Positions 1 to 13,625 of a DNA stretch of 64,000 bases are shown piece after piece (within the stretch, counting starts at the first letter, position 1; each line of letters begins with the position of its first letter). The position numbers and the translations under genes are program-made. The DNA is taken from NCBI GenBank assembly GCA_002269645.1, contig NIVC01000464.1, positions 274,441 to 338,440 on the forward strand, given 5' to 3'. The notes under the pieces were generated by a model. The model was not told the origin of the DNA and searched no databases. It saw nothing but the letters and a program-made list of their open reading frames with translations. The DNA is from Macrostomum lignano. Taxonomy: Eukaryota.

Positions 1-2815
1 CGTAAGGTCGCTGCAGCGGAGGGCGGTGGCGTCGTCGTCGTCGTCGGACAAAAACGAACTGGCAGGCGTCGAGGGCGGCCGGCCAAGCTGTGGGGCGGCT
101 GCCGTGACTGGATGTCGGCGTCGGCCGGAATGCCTGGACGGCACCGCGGAGCCGGGCGAGGAACTGGTCGTGGTCGCCGGCCGGCGGGCTGGGCTGCAGG
201 CACTCGCCAGGCACGCAGAGGGGCGCTCCGTAGACCAGCTCGGCCGACGATGCCGGCAGGTCCTCCTTGGGGGCCGTCCGGATGCCAAGCAGCACCCAGG
301 GCAGCTCGCTGACTTAGGCTGGTCCGGCCAGTCCCGCCATGAGGGAGGATTTCTGCTGCCGGTGGAAACGCTCGACCAGCCCGTTCGCCTGCGGATGGAA
401 AGCCGTTGTCCGGTGGAGCTGCATTCCGAGGAACCGTGAGACGTTGGACCACAGCTGCGACGTGAACTGCGAGCCGCGGTCCGAGGTGATGTCGCTTGGC
501 ACTCCAAACCTGGCGATCCAGTGGGCGATGAAGGCGGAGGCGCACGCGGCCGCGGAGGTGTCGGTCATCGGGATCGCCTCCGGCCACCGGGTGAAACGGT
601 CCACGATGGTCAGCAGGTGCGTGAAGCCTTGCGAAGGCGGCAGCGGCCCCACCAGGTCGACGTGCACGTGGGCGAAGCGCTGTTCCGTGACGCGGATATT
701 GCAACGAGCGGCGACGTGCCGGTGCACCTTGGCTGTCTGGCAGGCGACAGAGGACCGGGCCCACCGGCTAACGTCCTAGTTCATGCCGGCCCACACGAAC
801 TTGGCAGCCACGAGGCGCCGCGTGCTGCTGACGGACGGCTGGGCGAGGCCGTGGATGGCGTCGAAGACGGGGCGTCTGAAATTCGGCGGCACCAACGGGC
901 GCGGCCGGACTGTGGAGATGTCGCAGAGCAGGGCGAATCTCCGCTCCGCTATAAAAGGGGCTACAGCGGCTCAAGTTGTAGGCTGGCGTCTGCCTGACTG
1001 GCCGTATCGGCCGCCTGCGCCTGGGCCATGGATCCACGCGAAATCCACGCCGGGGAGCAGCCGGGGCTGCACAGAAGAGACCGTGCAGCGGGACAGCGCG
1101 TCTGCGACTGAGTTGTCCTTGCCTGCCACGTGCTGGATGTCCGTGGTGAACTCGGACACGTAGGCCAGGTGGCGCTGCTGTCGGGCGGACCACGGGTCGG
1201 ACATCTTGGACATGGCGGCGACCAGCGGCTTGTGGTCCGTGAAAGCTGTGAACGCGCGGCCCTCCAGGAAATAGCGAAAGTCCCGGACCGCCAGGTATAG
1301 GGCGAGCAGCTCACGGTCGAATGCGCTGTACTTCTGCTCGGGCGGGCGCAGCTGCCGGCTGAAGAAGGCGAGCGGCTGCCAGGCGCTGCCAACCCGCTGC
1401 TCGAGCGCTGCCCCGACCGCGGTATCGGAGGCGTCGACGGTGAGGGCGATGGGCGCGTCTGGCCGCGGATGTACCAGCATGGCGGCGGAGGCCAGCGCCC
1501 GCTTAGCTCCGCGAAAGCGGCGGTCAGCTCGGGCGTCCACCGGACGAACTTCTCCTTGCCGGCCGTGGCCGCATGGATGGGGCGTAGCAGCTGGGCGGCG
1601 CGCGGCACGAAGCGGTGGTAGAAATTCACCATGCCGGCGAACTCCTGCAGGCCCTTGACGGTGGCTGGCGGTGCGAATCTGGCGATGGCGTCGACTTTGG
1701 CGGGCAGCGGCACGGCTCCCTGGGCGCTGATCCGGTGGCCGAGGAAGTCGATCTCGCTGCGGCCGAACTCGCACTTCGCCGGGTTGACGATAAGGCCGTT
1801 GTCCGCCAGGCGCTGGAAAAGCGTCCGCAGGTGCTCCCGGTGCTCTTGCGGGCTGTGGCTAGCGACCAGGAAGTCGTCGATGTAGGCGAAGACAAAGTCC
1901 AGGTCTTGGCAGACGGAGTCCACCAACCGCTGGAAGGCCTGGGCGGCGTTCTTGAGACCGAATGGCATTCGCAGGAACTCGAAGAGGCCGAACGGGGTGG
2001 TGACGGCGGTCTTGGGCACGTCGGCTGCGGCCACGGGTACCTGGTGGTAGCCACGAACCAGGTCGATTTTGGAGAAAACCGAGCAGCCGGCTAGGCGCAC
2101 GGAGAAGTCCTGGATGTGCGGCACCGGGTAGCGGTCGGGCACCGTGGCGTCGTTTAGCCGCCTGAAATCGCCGCAGGGCCGCCAGCCACCGGAGGCTTTT
2201 GGGACCATATGCAACGGCGAGGACCAAGGGCTGTTGGACCGACGAACGATGCCGAGCTGCTCCAGGAGCCGGAACTCCTCCTTGGCCACCGCCAGCTTGT
2301 CCGGTGGCAGGCGGCGAGGGCGGGCATGGACCGGCGGGCCCTGCGTCGGGATGGTGCTCCACCCCGTGTTGTGGCTCAGCCCGCTGGAAACTGGGCTCAG
2401 TGAGGGCGGGGAACTCGGCCAACAGCTGGCTGTACGAGTCCGCAGCGGCGGCTGCGGCGAGTTGCTGTCCGGGCCCCGCGCCGTCCAGCAGGTGCACACT
2501 GGCGAGCGAGCGGGCGTCCAGGAGGCGCCGGTGCGGCAGGTCCACCAGCAGGCCGTGGTGCCGCAGAAAGTCGGCGCCGATCAGCGGGCGGGAGACTTCG
2601 GCCAGAAGGAACGGCCAGGAGCAGCGCCGGATGCCTAGGTCCAACGTGAGCTGGCGGGTGCCGAAGGTTCGGATGAGGCTGCGAAAAGCGGCGGGCCTGG
2701 TGAGTGCAGGCGGGCGTCGGAACCAGCGACGGGGAAATTGCTGACCTCGGCGCCGGTGTCGACCAGGAAAAGCCGGCCCGTCTGCACATCCGGGATGAGG
2801 AGCAGGCTGCTGCTG
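1..2815 (-). pseudogene. pol: Gypsy pol (protease-RT-RNase H-integrase), split by several frameshifts
   Basis: ORFs 2635..3153 (protease), 961..2499 (RT), 971..1774 (RNase H) and 314..727 (integrase core) carry intact catalytic motifs in different frames. Confidence 0.85.
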
Positions 2816-2869
2816 TTGCCGGCTGTCGAGCTGTTAACTGACGGCCGGCCTGCCCGTTTCCCGAAACGA

Positions 2870-3517
2870 CGGTGAAAGAAACACAGGCCGTCGTCCGGGC
2901 GGTGCTGCTGGGGCCGTCTCTGTCTGGCGCCCTTGCTGGCCGCAAAGACTGCCGGCTGGGCTTGCTGGGCCGGCTCTACCGCCTGGACGGAGGCCGGCTC
3001 TGGACGGAGGCCGCCACGAGCTGCGGCCGGCTGGCCCAGAGCTTGTCTGCCTCCTGCGCTGCTGCCCGGGGGTCCGCGAAACTGACGGTTGTCATGGCCA
3101 TGCGTACTTCCGGTGGCAGCTGCTGGCGGAACAGCTCCTCGAATAGCAGGCAAGGGCGGTGGTTCCCCAGCAGGGCGAGCATCTCGTCTATCAGCTCGGA
3201 AGGCCGCCGGTCGCCGAGGCCGGACATGCTTAGCAGGCGATTGGCCCGCTGCTGAGGAGTCAAATCGAAAGTGCTGTTGAGACGCTCCTTTAGCTGAGCG
3301 TACTTGTTCGCCTCCGGAGGAGCCTCGAGCACATCGAGCAGGCGCTCTGCTTTCTGCTGGTCAAGAGCTGCGACCAGATGGGCGTACTTGGTCTCGTCCT
3401 GGGTGATGCCTCTCAGGGCCTGAACTGAGCTTCGGCCTGGATGAACCAGGCTCGAGGCTGGGCCGCCCAAAATGTGGGCAGCTTCAGGGACACAGCAGAG
3501 TCGGTTTTTTGGGCCAT
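2870..3517 (-). pseudogene. gag: Gypsy gag, frameshifted in this sequence
   Basis: ATG at 3517 gives KLPTFWAAQPRAWFIQAEAQF. A frameshift near 3420 joins it to ORF 2976..3470 (LRGITQDETKYAHLV...GLGDRRPSELIDEM). Confidence 0.8.
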
Positions 3518-3529
3518 TGCACGAAATGG

Positions 3530-3546
3530 CTGCGTAGGGCTCACCA
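3530..3546 (-). promoter_or_regulatory. Primer-binding site, tRNA-Trp-like
   Basis: TGGTGAGCCCTACGCAG directly follows the LTR end and resembles the tRNA-Trp PBS TGGTGACCCCGACG. Confidence 0.6.
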
Positions 3547-3547
3547 A

Positions 3548-3763
3548 TGAAGCGGTTGCGAGTGGAAGCTTGAAAAGCAGCAAGCGAGCAAAAGATCTGT
3601 GTATATTTGTTTAAGCATAGTCTTTATACTTGAGAGAATAGGGAGGTGTGAGTCAGAGCGAACTGGCTGGCTGGGCAAAGCTCCCCAGCAGCCAGGCGTG
3701 CAGGGGCCTGTACACAGGCGGGCCCCGCTCTCGACCGTGCACCAGTCTGGCCGCCACAGTACA
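3548..3763 (-). repeat. Putative 5' LTR (~216 bp) of the Gypsy element
   Basis: On the minus strand it starts TGT(A) and ends TTCA, 1 nt before the PBS, and contains TATAAAG. The partner LTR is outside the window, so the outer boundary is uncertain (3758 is an alternative). Confidence 0.55.
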
Positions 3764-6413
3764 TTTGTAGCTTAAAACTTTTAAGTGTTTATAAAAACTT
3801 TATTAAAGTAGGGTAGGTCTAAAAATTTTATTAAAGCCAAGGCCTGCTCCTCAAAATTCCAATTAATAATTGCTCATATTGTCTTTTTAGGTAATAATAA
3901 TAATAAGAATATTTTTGCACTTTTTGCAGCATTATTATTATTATACAATAAAGTCAATTTAGACCTACCCTACCCACTTGGCTACTATCACAAAGCAATA
4001 GGCCTTTGCTAGTTTTTTAGAAGAAAACACAACAGAACACAAAGACACAACACAAGCCTGCTACCATAGCCAACTAGGTTACAATACATTAAATTTACAG
4101 GTAATATCTTATAGGGCCAGCCTTACATGCTACCTCTCTATCCAATCTATAGTCTATATATAATAGGCCAACTCTATGATGTAGATTTTACTTATAATGT
4201 CATCATATCACACAACAGAGGCACAACACAAGACTAGGCTTAGGCCTACAATAAAATAGGGGCTAGGCTAGGCTACTGAAACTGAAATTAAAAGCACTAA
4301 ATTAATATTATTAGAATAATTATTTGGTTAGCTTTTACAGGCTTAGCCTTTTAATTAATGCTGATTATAATTATGACGAGTTCATAACTATTACAACAAG
4401 TCAAGTAGGGAGAGCTATACTTCAGGCTGTATGGCTAACTTATGATTATAGAAAACATGTCGGACGTTTTGCAGCATTTTTGCTCAAAGCAAATCTTAAT
4501 ACATCGCTTAAACAAATTATAAACATTTTCCTTAAAAATGCTGCTAAAACAAATCTTTACAAAATATGGCTATCCAAACTGTAGTTATTGGCTCATTTCC
4601 TTTATCGCTAACACAAAATTATAAAACAGTTAAAGTTCACAATCAAATTGCAATTCGTCCAATTTAATATTCTAAGTATCCTACTGTAAGTAGAGGGTAA
4701 AGCATTTTAGTAGAATTGCAATAATTACAAGTGACTTGCACAAGTGAATTGCAATTTAACAAATTTTAGGGAAATAAAATTGCAATTACGGCAATTATTT
4801 CAATTTTATTGCAATATTCCCAATTTCATCGCAATCCGGGTGTCTTGGGTGCGCCTTAATTTATTTCATATATATTTGTATTATCTATTGCGCAATAAAA
4901 GTAATTAGATATATTATTGAAACTGAATGGACTCGAATTCTGGAACGACTACGCTAACTCTACTGCTACCACGGCGCCTAGGAACCCAAACACCAAACAC
5001 AGCGCATTCGCGTATTAGAATTAACATACAGTAAATTTGCGATAGGAATTAACATACAGTAAAACAATAGTAATCGAGTACGTACAGTAAGTATCGCGGA
5101 AAAGGAAACACACTACGGAATAAGTACTGACTAAAATAATTAACAGATAATTTTCACTAGGGCCTAACGCATGATACATTATAAAAAGTACATACATTCA
5201 AATGATATATAAAAATGACAATTAAAATTTATTATCGATATTTTGTTCCATAATTTGCAGCACTTACAATCACGTTACACTGCAGGGCAGGGGACACTAC
5301 ACTGTACTGTAAATATAGCTATACTCAAAGTAAAATATTGTTTTGACTGAGTTTTTCAAATTTTCATTGATATTACGACCTACTATATGCTTGTTGGTAA
5401 TTAGTAAACTGAAAACATCTTGTCACGTTATTTGATGTTGTCCGTGACCCTTAAAAGGGCCGTTTTAGTCCCAAATGAATCGAGTCAAGTCTTGATAGCG
5501 GATTTGCGTAGCGGAGCACTTGGCATACAAGGCCGGAAACTGGCCGTAGTTGGTTATTATTGTTGAGATCAATATTCGATGCGGTTAATATCAATATAGA
5601 ACTTATTGCGCTTTTGGGGCACTGGCGGCTGCAACAATGGTTTTGAATTGAAGGTGAGTTAGAGATTGTAGTTGAGTGGTAGGCGAGTGATGCAAGACGA
5701 TGCAACGTGGTGAGTAACGGCGATGAGCACAACAGTGGCAGATGCGTAGTGGTGAGATTGGCGTTAGCCGTGGCAGACAGTGGCAGGCAGTGTAAACAGG
5801 CTGGTCCAGACAGAGAGAAGGAAAACAAGGCCGAGGACAGGCCGGGAGGAAGAGAGAAGCACAGATAAGGACGGGAGTGAGGAGTGCCGCCGCCAGGCGG
5901 GGGGTTTAATAAAGGAGCGCAGAGGGGGATAGCGCGAAGCACGAGTGGTTTTCATTGGCTGGCGAGAGAACTTAAAATTATCGATCGTGCCAATTTTATA
6001 CGGTCGCGAGAGAGGATAGCAAAATATACAGTGAATTAAAAATTGCCACAAAATCGTTGGGCTCTACTATAAGTAAACGTTAAAATAAACTATTGGAGAA
6101 ATTAATATGAGAAATTACAAGGGAAAATATAGTCCAGCGGCCCTTTTCGGGACCACCTTAAACTGACAACGTCACAATCTTACACATCTAGCACGTAGCA
6201 GATAAAGTTTTTTGAAAATTAGAAAATCTGAGTTTTACTATTTTGGCTAGGCTAACCAAGACTATAGGCCATACCAACCACAAGGCTAGGCGTAGTCTTT
6301 AAGCCTAGATGTCAAACAGCACAATTCTATTATTAGGTTTTTATGATTATGATTGGCCTACTGTTATATTACTTAAAAGCATTGTTATGATCTTTAGCTC
6401 TATCCCTATCTAA

Positions 6414-7267
6414 TAGTGTTCCGCCGCCGCGAGTTTTGACCTCCGTAACCGTAACCGTAGCCGTAAGAAAGAAGCAACTTCCGTAGCCGAATTTTGCCGT
6501 CATTACGGGCTAAAAAAGTCCGTAACCGTAATTTGCCGTAACCGTAGCCGTAATGTATAACAAAAATTGATATTTTTGCATGAAAAGTGGGGCTGACAGA
6601 AAAGGACAGATAAAAAGGATAAAAGGATAGCAATAAAACGTACTTGTTGTTTGTTCATGCATTAATATTAATTTATTTTTTTCGTAATTATAATATCTTT
6701 ATCTAAGTATTCTATAGCATTGTTGTATGCAATTGTGTGCTTGGTGCCTTTTTCAGTTTTCTGTGTTGTGATTCTGTTTTGTTTCGCTACAATATGCTAA
6801 GGAGCTAAATGCTACATATGGCTAAGAAATAAGAATGCCAGATTCTTAGTCTCTTGCAGGCTTTGACTGGCTCTCTCTGTCTCGCTGCTATCATGCTATC
6901 GCTATGCTATGCTATGCCGTATGCCTAATGAGAAAATTTGTGAAAAAATTCATTTTTCGTTTTCAAAAAGTTTCGTAGATATTTAGAAACTTAACAAATG
7001 TAAAAAATAATAATAACTAGTAAAACAAAATGAAAACTGGTTGAAGTTGATATGAAAAAATTTTCTTTTATAACACTAAACAGTTAAAAATAAATAATTT
7101 TGTTACGGCTACCAATTACGGCAAGTCTAGAAAAATCTCCGTAATCCGTAACCGTAACCGTAAGCTCAAAATATGTCCGTAACCGTAATCCGTAATGAAA
7201 ATACGGCTTCAAAAGTGTCGTAGCCGTAATTTGCCGTAGCCGTAGCCGTAATTACGGCGGAACACTA
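6414..7267. mobile_element. Non-autonomous hAT-type DNA transposon (MITE), 854 bp
   Basis: Perfect 13-bp TIR TAGTGTTCCGCCG...CGGCGGAACACTA. 8-bp TSD CTATCTAA at 6406-6413 and 7268-7275. Clusters of subterminal CCGTAA/CCGTAG repeats at both ends. Confidence 0.9.
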
Positions 7268-9696
7268 CTATCTAAGTTAATGATGATAACACATTTACTA
7301 TTCTATTGCAGAGTTTATTCATAATGAAAATAAACAAAACATTTATATATAGGTTGAGTTGACATTTGATTGGGTCTTTCAAGTAATAATATTTTTTTAT
7401 TATCTTTCTTTATTATCTTTACTTTGTTAACAAAAGATAAGATTTCATTATCCTTACTTTAAATATTTTAAAGAGATCCGTTTTGGACTTCTTCAAGTTT
7501 ATGTTGATAAAATACTTCCAATTTTCTGATTTTTCTGAAATTTTCACCAGACACTTGGTGAATGCCCAAAATGATAAAAAAGCAAAAAATCACAAAAAAC
7601 TACATTGTGGTGATGCAATCTCAGTTTAATAATTGACTATGGTGTCAATGAGAATTCAATAAATAAAATTGTTTCAATGAATTTTGTATTTAAAAATAAG
7701 CATTTTTCGAAACAAAAAAATAAGTTAACTTGTTTTGTGAATATAAAAATTAAGAAATCTAAAGTAATATTTATCATTTTCCAATTATAATATATAGTGA
7801 ATATAAATTACTTTATCAAATTTGATATTGAGTTTTGTTATGATGTTAAATAATTGCCTTATCATAGTTTCTTTGTTTTAAAATTTGCCATGTCTATGAT
7901 GCGCAACAATATTGTCTCCCGCATTCTCATTTGTTGCTACCTTTGCCATTGTAGTCAACATTAATACTTCTTGCCAAATGATGTCTTGCCAGCTGTTTCT
8001 CAATGATGTCTATCAAGGTCTAGGTCTTAGCATTGTACAATAAGTTATGAAAAGATTATTAGATATGGATATGGTTATAGATAGGCTATGGGAAACTTTA
8101 AGAGATTCAGCTACGAGTCTCTTCCTCGTATAGATATAGGAAGAATTTGGTTATGATAGAACTCTATTAAAAATAATGATAAACATATCAAATATTAAAT
8201 GCATTTAGTTTTGTTTCCATGGGTTTAGATAAAGAAAAGATATTATCATTCAAGTCAAAAAATAAAGATTTGTACTAAAATTTATATTACTCGTATATAT
8301 AATATTATGCCTATTCTTTTTGTCTGTAAAAAGCCAATAGCTAAATGAACTTTATAGAAAAAATTCTATATACTTAAGTAATATATAATCTAGAAAAAGG
8401 TCTTAAAATAAAAATCATCATAATTTATATAGTGAAAAAATTTGTTATTTATCTTTTAAAAATGTTTTTAGTGCTATATAATTCATAAATCTATGGAATG
8501 ACCTATTCTGAACTTCTGAACACCTTGATATATAATGCTAGCTATCTACAGAGAGCATTGCAAGCATTTGACTATTTCAAGCTCTTGCTTAAACCTAAAG
8601 ATTTAAATATAAAACATTCCAAAAAGAAATTTAAAAGTTAAGCCATAGAAGTAGTTGTTTCTTTCTTAAATCAAGTTGTTATTCAATTGTGTTAACTACA
8701 AATTTTCTTGATATTTGATATTGAGGTTTGTATAGTATGTATTAAAATGCTTAAAAATAGGCCTGCATAACATAATTTGTAAATATGTCTAGTAACTACA
8801 AGGGTTATGGTAAGGAAGAATGATATTCATAATAAATTGAAACTTATAAAAGTAGATTAGCATGCTGCATTTAAAAATCTTAGAATTGTAGCATCTGCTT
8901 TTTACTTTTACTTTGACTTAAAAATACTAAAATAACTTAGATTATCATTTGCATCAATACAAATATAACAATGAAATATATATTAGAACTCAATATTTCC
9001 ATGTAGTTGTAAAGTGCAGAAATTATTAAAAGTTGAGTTTAAACATGTGTAACAATTAGAATAGTAATAGTCACATTGTAAACTATTCCAATAATTAATG
9101 AATAACTCATGGAATATATGGTGCATTTTGTAATAATCAATAATTTAGGAAAATTGAAAAAAATTAGTAGAATATATTGTTTTCAGAAGGCACTTTGTCA
9201 TTAAAGCTAATGTCATAAGCAATAAATACTATTTGATAATTGGCTAACACACTTAATGTACTACATAGCCAAATATATAGCATATATAAGGTTATAACTT
9301 AATATTATAATACAATGTTCAAGTTATGACTTCATACCTATAATGCTTAACAAAGTTTTTTTCACAAGGCAATGTGTCAAGGTCATATAAAAATGGTGTT
9401 AATATCAAAACTAGGACAAAATTTTTGCTGACTTTTAATGCTAAAAATCATTCAATCGTCACTCATATACATATGAAATATTTTAGACACCTTGCAAAGG
9501 TTTGCCAACTGTGTTCAAACCTAGCCTGAATCTAAGGTTTTTTTATGAAGAATTGTCTTCTCTTATATAACAGCTGCAGGTATTTCAGCTTTCCTTTCTC
9601 TGCCTAACTTCTCTAACTAATACTGTATCTAATACTGAATAAATTGCAGATCAGTAAAATAAAAAAATAAGCATCAATTCGCGATTATATTTCAAA

Positions 9697-10319
9697 ATGA
9701 GTCAACAGTCAACAATGTCTATAACACTAGCGCCCAATGCCACTGAGCTCCGCCTAGTGCTAATACCTGTTGATCGCAGCCGAAATAGTGAGCGAGCGCT
9801 TGCCTGGTATGCTGGCAATCTGGCCCAGCGCCGGGACCAGGTGCTGTTTGTGAACGTGTCCGAGCCGCCCGAGGTTAGCAGCGCTACTCAGACTGGGCTG
9901 GCTGGCGCTCAGGATGTCTACCAGCGGGCTATTGGCAGCGCTATTGAAAAGGGCCGCGAGCTGGCTGAACAGGTAAACTGCTGTTTGTACTTGCTGAGTC
10001 TTGTGCAGCTTAGCTTGAAGATCTTATTGGCATTTTAGACTAGATAGATAGATAGATAGGTAGGTAGGTAGGTAGGCAGGCAGGCAGGTAGGTAGGTAAA
10101 GGTAGGTAGGTTGTTAGGTAGGTAAGTAGGTAGATTGACAGACATACACAAACCGACAGACAGGCAGACAGACACAGACAGACGGAAACAGACAGACAGA
10201 CACTAAGACAGACAGACAGACACACACACACAGACAGACAGACAGACACACACAGACAGACAGACAGACAGACACACACACAGACAGACAGACAGACAGA
10301 CACACGCATAGACAGACAG

Positions 10320-10350
<31 letters not shown>

Positions 10351-10689
10351 ATGCACCCGATAAAAGCTAAACTGCTCATGCAGGTGCGCCGCCGCTGGAT
10401 GGAATTCGGCATGCACCGGGCATTCAAGGAGCCGAGATTTCTGGAGCGCCTATCGAAAGACCCCGGCCCGGCCATCTGCCAGGTGGCCAAAGACGAGGGC
10501 GTCAATCTCATAGTGATTGGCAGCAGAGGCATGAGCCGGCTGAAGCGAACATTCCTCGGCTCCGTATCCGAGTATGTGCTGCACCACGCCAAGGTGCCAA
10601 TTGCTATTGTGCCGCCGCCCAAGCAGCAGAGCCTTGAAGCTATTCGCCAGGCTAGTCAGGATACTGCCTCTGGTGACGGCCAAGAGTGA
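9697..10689 (+). CDS. Universal stress protein (UspA-family), ~193 aa; exons 9697-9972 and 10384-10689
   Basis: [17 protein letters not shown] (USP N-terminal strand and helix) and [44 protein letters not shown] (ATP-binding USP motif). Phase-0 GT-AG intron 9973-10383. Confidence 0.9.
10040..10350. repeat. Compound microsatellite (TAGA/TAGG/CAGA)n in the USP intron
   Basis: Directly visible tetranucleotide runs. Confidence 0.95.
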
Positions 10690-11807
10690 GCAGCCTAATG
10701 ATTATTTTGAGCATGGTTGGCTGCCTTTGGGTGCGAGACATGGCCTTTGGAGTAAACAGAGAAGCAATTAATAAGAAAGAACACTACAGTGACACTAAAC
10801 ACTCACAGAATGTACAGCGGATTCTGGCTTTCTAATCGTCTGGCATAACCATATATTGGTGCCAGAAAGAAAGGGTTGTACAGATATTATGGTATCACTA
10901 ATTAGATCACGAGGTATTTGCTTATGTTTAGATAATTTAACTAATTAAATAATTTAGATATAGTTACTCACAATGTTTACCCACACTGTCCAGGGGGATT
11001 AGTGATATTTTGTAGGCAAGCCCAACCGGCTAAATTCTGTCCACTAGGCCAAAACAATCAGTGGCAACTCAGTGGCATAATTTGACGCGAGTATCAAAAG
11101 CGCAAACTTGTTTGAGCTATAAACAGAGACAAAAAGATAAAGAAACAGTTGGAGACAGTTTAAGGACATGGACTAAAGTTCCATTCTCTATGATTTAAAT
11201 TTTTTATGCTTTTAGCTCTGTTTTGAATTCATGACACATTTTATAAAATCGTGACATTGAGTGAAACAATAAACTATTTCAATATAATTTATTTTCTATG
11301 CTATAATTTTAGGATTAACCAGGATTTTTCGCGCAATTTTTTGTTTCTGTGCTACGTTTGAGAGCTGTAGTTCTTGATTTGAGTCAACGTTGCTCAGACG
11401 AATATTCATTCAACTTGTTTTTTACAATTCGACGAAGATATTACTCGTATATTTTACTGATTCTCGGTAAATATTGAATAATAAGCAACTATATTGTTTA
11501 TACTTTTTTATTAGGACATAGTTAAGATAGTCTTTTTGAATGCTGATATTATCTTTTTTCAGAATTTTCTTTTCTAGTCTACAAAAATTATAGCTTTCTG
11601 TTGTGCTCACAGATGCCAGAATGACTGGATTTGTGGCTTGATTAAAGTTGTGAAAAAGCACAGCGTCTACTCTTTTCAGTAGCTTGTCTATGCATTGTCA
11701 CTAAATTATGTGGCAAAGAAAACTTTCTTTCCTCAAGGTTTATGGCCTCAGGAAGCATATGGGATTAAGAATGAACAGCAAGCATTTAACTACACAAGTG
11801 GACGCAA

Positions 11808-12050
11808 GACGGACGAAACTCAGCCTAGAGGATAGTCCCAATCTAGCTCAGCCAATGAGAGAGCAGTAAGGAGAAAGGGTCAAAGTCAGACGGACGAAAC
11901 TCAGTCTAGATGGCAGGCCCAATCCGGCTCAGCCAATGAGAGAGCAGTAAGGAGAGAGGGTCAAAGTCAGACGGACGAAACTCAGTCTAGATGGCAGGCC
12001 CAATCTAGCTCAGCCAATGAGAGAGCAGTAAGGAGAGAGGCCAAAGTCAG
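11808..12050. repeat. Tandem repeat, 81 bp x 3
   Basis: GACGGACGAAACTCAG recurs at 11808, 11889 and 11970. Confidence 0.9.
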
Positions 12051-12760
12051 ATGCAAGCCGTAAGAGGAAAGCCCAACTGTTTATCGGCCTGACTGGAGCG
12101 CCTGCCCTTTAATTAACTATTATAAAGGCAAAAAGCACTAATTTAGATAGCTCGTAGAGTAGATAAGCGCATCGTTTGCGAGTGACATAATCCAGTTATT
12201 CTAGAATCTGTGGTTATGCGTCACATCTATTAATTGTGCTTTTTCCTAAAGAGTTTTATTTAGTTGTTGACTGTGATTTCTCTAGTTGTTCTAGTCTAAC
12301 TTGTGCTTTTATATACACACATGTTGTTTTGCACCTGTCCTATCAGCACAGCACGCGGTTTTTTTAATCAGTTCTAGCTTCACTGAAATTTCATAATCCG
12401 GCTTTCGTTTTGTTTGTTTGTTCTTTTGCAATGCAGTGAACTGTTTCTTTTAACGTTGTCGTGCACATATACGAGAAATAATTTATATGGCAACGAATTT
12501 TAGTCTTTTTTCTGATCCTCAAAGCTATAGTTTGTGTTTTGTGTACCTTACTTTTCTATTCAGTCAGCCAATTTCCGTAATTACGTTTGTAATTAGATTC
12601 CTTTTCCGCTCACTAAGCCTCTTTTAGTTTGTTGGAATATTTCCAATTATTACTTCTGGGATTAGCTATTGTCAGCTTCAAAGCTCTCGTCTTATAGACC
12701 CAGTGCCCTCCTTAGTCGGTCGTTTTTCGTTGAAATAGTTAAAGTAAATGGATGAGTCAC

Positions 12761-13480
12761 CTTCTGTACCCCTGAGATCTATTTGAGGTTCCCCTTTTGT
12801 ACCCCTAAGATCTATCTGAGGTTCCCCTTTTGTACCCCTAAGATCTATCTGAGGTTCCCCTTTTGTACCCCTAAGATCTATCTGAGGTTCCCCTTTTGTA
12901 CCCCTAAGATCTATCTGAGGTTCCCCTTTTGTACTCCTGAGATCTGTCTGAGGTTCCCCTTTTGTACCCCTAAGATCTATCTGAGGTTTCCCCTTTTGTA
13001 CCCCTGAGATCTGTCTGAGGTTCCCTTCTGTACCCCTGAGATCTGTCTGAGTTTCCCTTCTGTACCCCTGAGATCTATCTGAGGTTCCCCTTCTGTAACC
13101 CTGAGATCTATCTGAGGTTCCCCTTCTGTAACCCTGAGATCTATCTGAGGTTCCCCTTCTGTAACCCTGAGATCTATCTGAGGTTCCCCTTCTGTAACCC
13201 TGAGATCTATCTGAGGTTCCCCTTCTGTAACCCTGAGATCTATCTGAGGTTTCCCTTCTGTAACCCTGAGATCTATCTGAGGTTCCCCTTCTGTACCCCT
13301 GAGATCTGTCTAAGGTTCCCCTTCTGTACCCCTGAGATCTATCTGAGGTTCCCCTTCTGTACCCCTGAGATCTATCTGAGGTTCCCCTTCTGTACCCCTG
13401 AGATCTATCTGAGGTTCCCCTTCTGTACCCTTGAGATCCACCTGAAGTTTCCTTCTGTAACCCTGGGATCTGTCTGAAGT
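12761..13480. repeat. Minisatellite, 33-bp unit, ~21 copies, just upstream of XRN2
   Basis: Unit TT(T/C)TGTACCCCT(A/G)AGATCTATCTGAGGTTCCCC. It explains the (RFPFCTPKIYL)n pseudo-ORF. Confidence 0.95.
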
Positions 13481-13625
13481 TTTACTGAGATTCCAAGGTT
13501 CCCTGCAGTTTGAACAATTTATTTACCTAATATTCATGCTGCCCGAATCGCACGGACAGACAAGAGATCAGTCGCACAGTCAGTAATTAGTTCAGCATTA
13601 ACTCAGCAGCTTCAGTCAGCTAATC

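Larger units (their letters stand above)
1..3763 (-). mobile_element. Ty3/Gypsy LTR retrotransposon (Mag-like gag); 3' end runs off the left edge of the window
   Basis: Minus-strand order is LTR (3763-3548), PBS, gag (MAQKTDSAVSLKLPTFW...), protease (FLVDTGAEVS), RT ([36 protein letters not shown]), RNase H ([17 protein letters not shown]), integrase (HVHVDLVGP, SDRGSQF, NGLVERFH), then a GPY/F-type tail (RPPLQRPY) at the edge. Confidence 0.93.

Noticed and set aside
26-3255. Many plus-strand ORFs over the Gypsy element
   Set aside because: Antisense shadows of a GC-rich gag-pol.
5440-6170. Possible THAP-bearing Kolobok-like element (NHCCSRQC; partial TTAA-flanked inverted repeats)
   Set aside because: Only weak, offset TIR similarity; no complete THAP signature or transposase.
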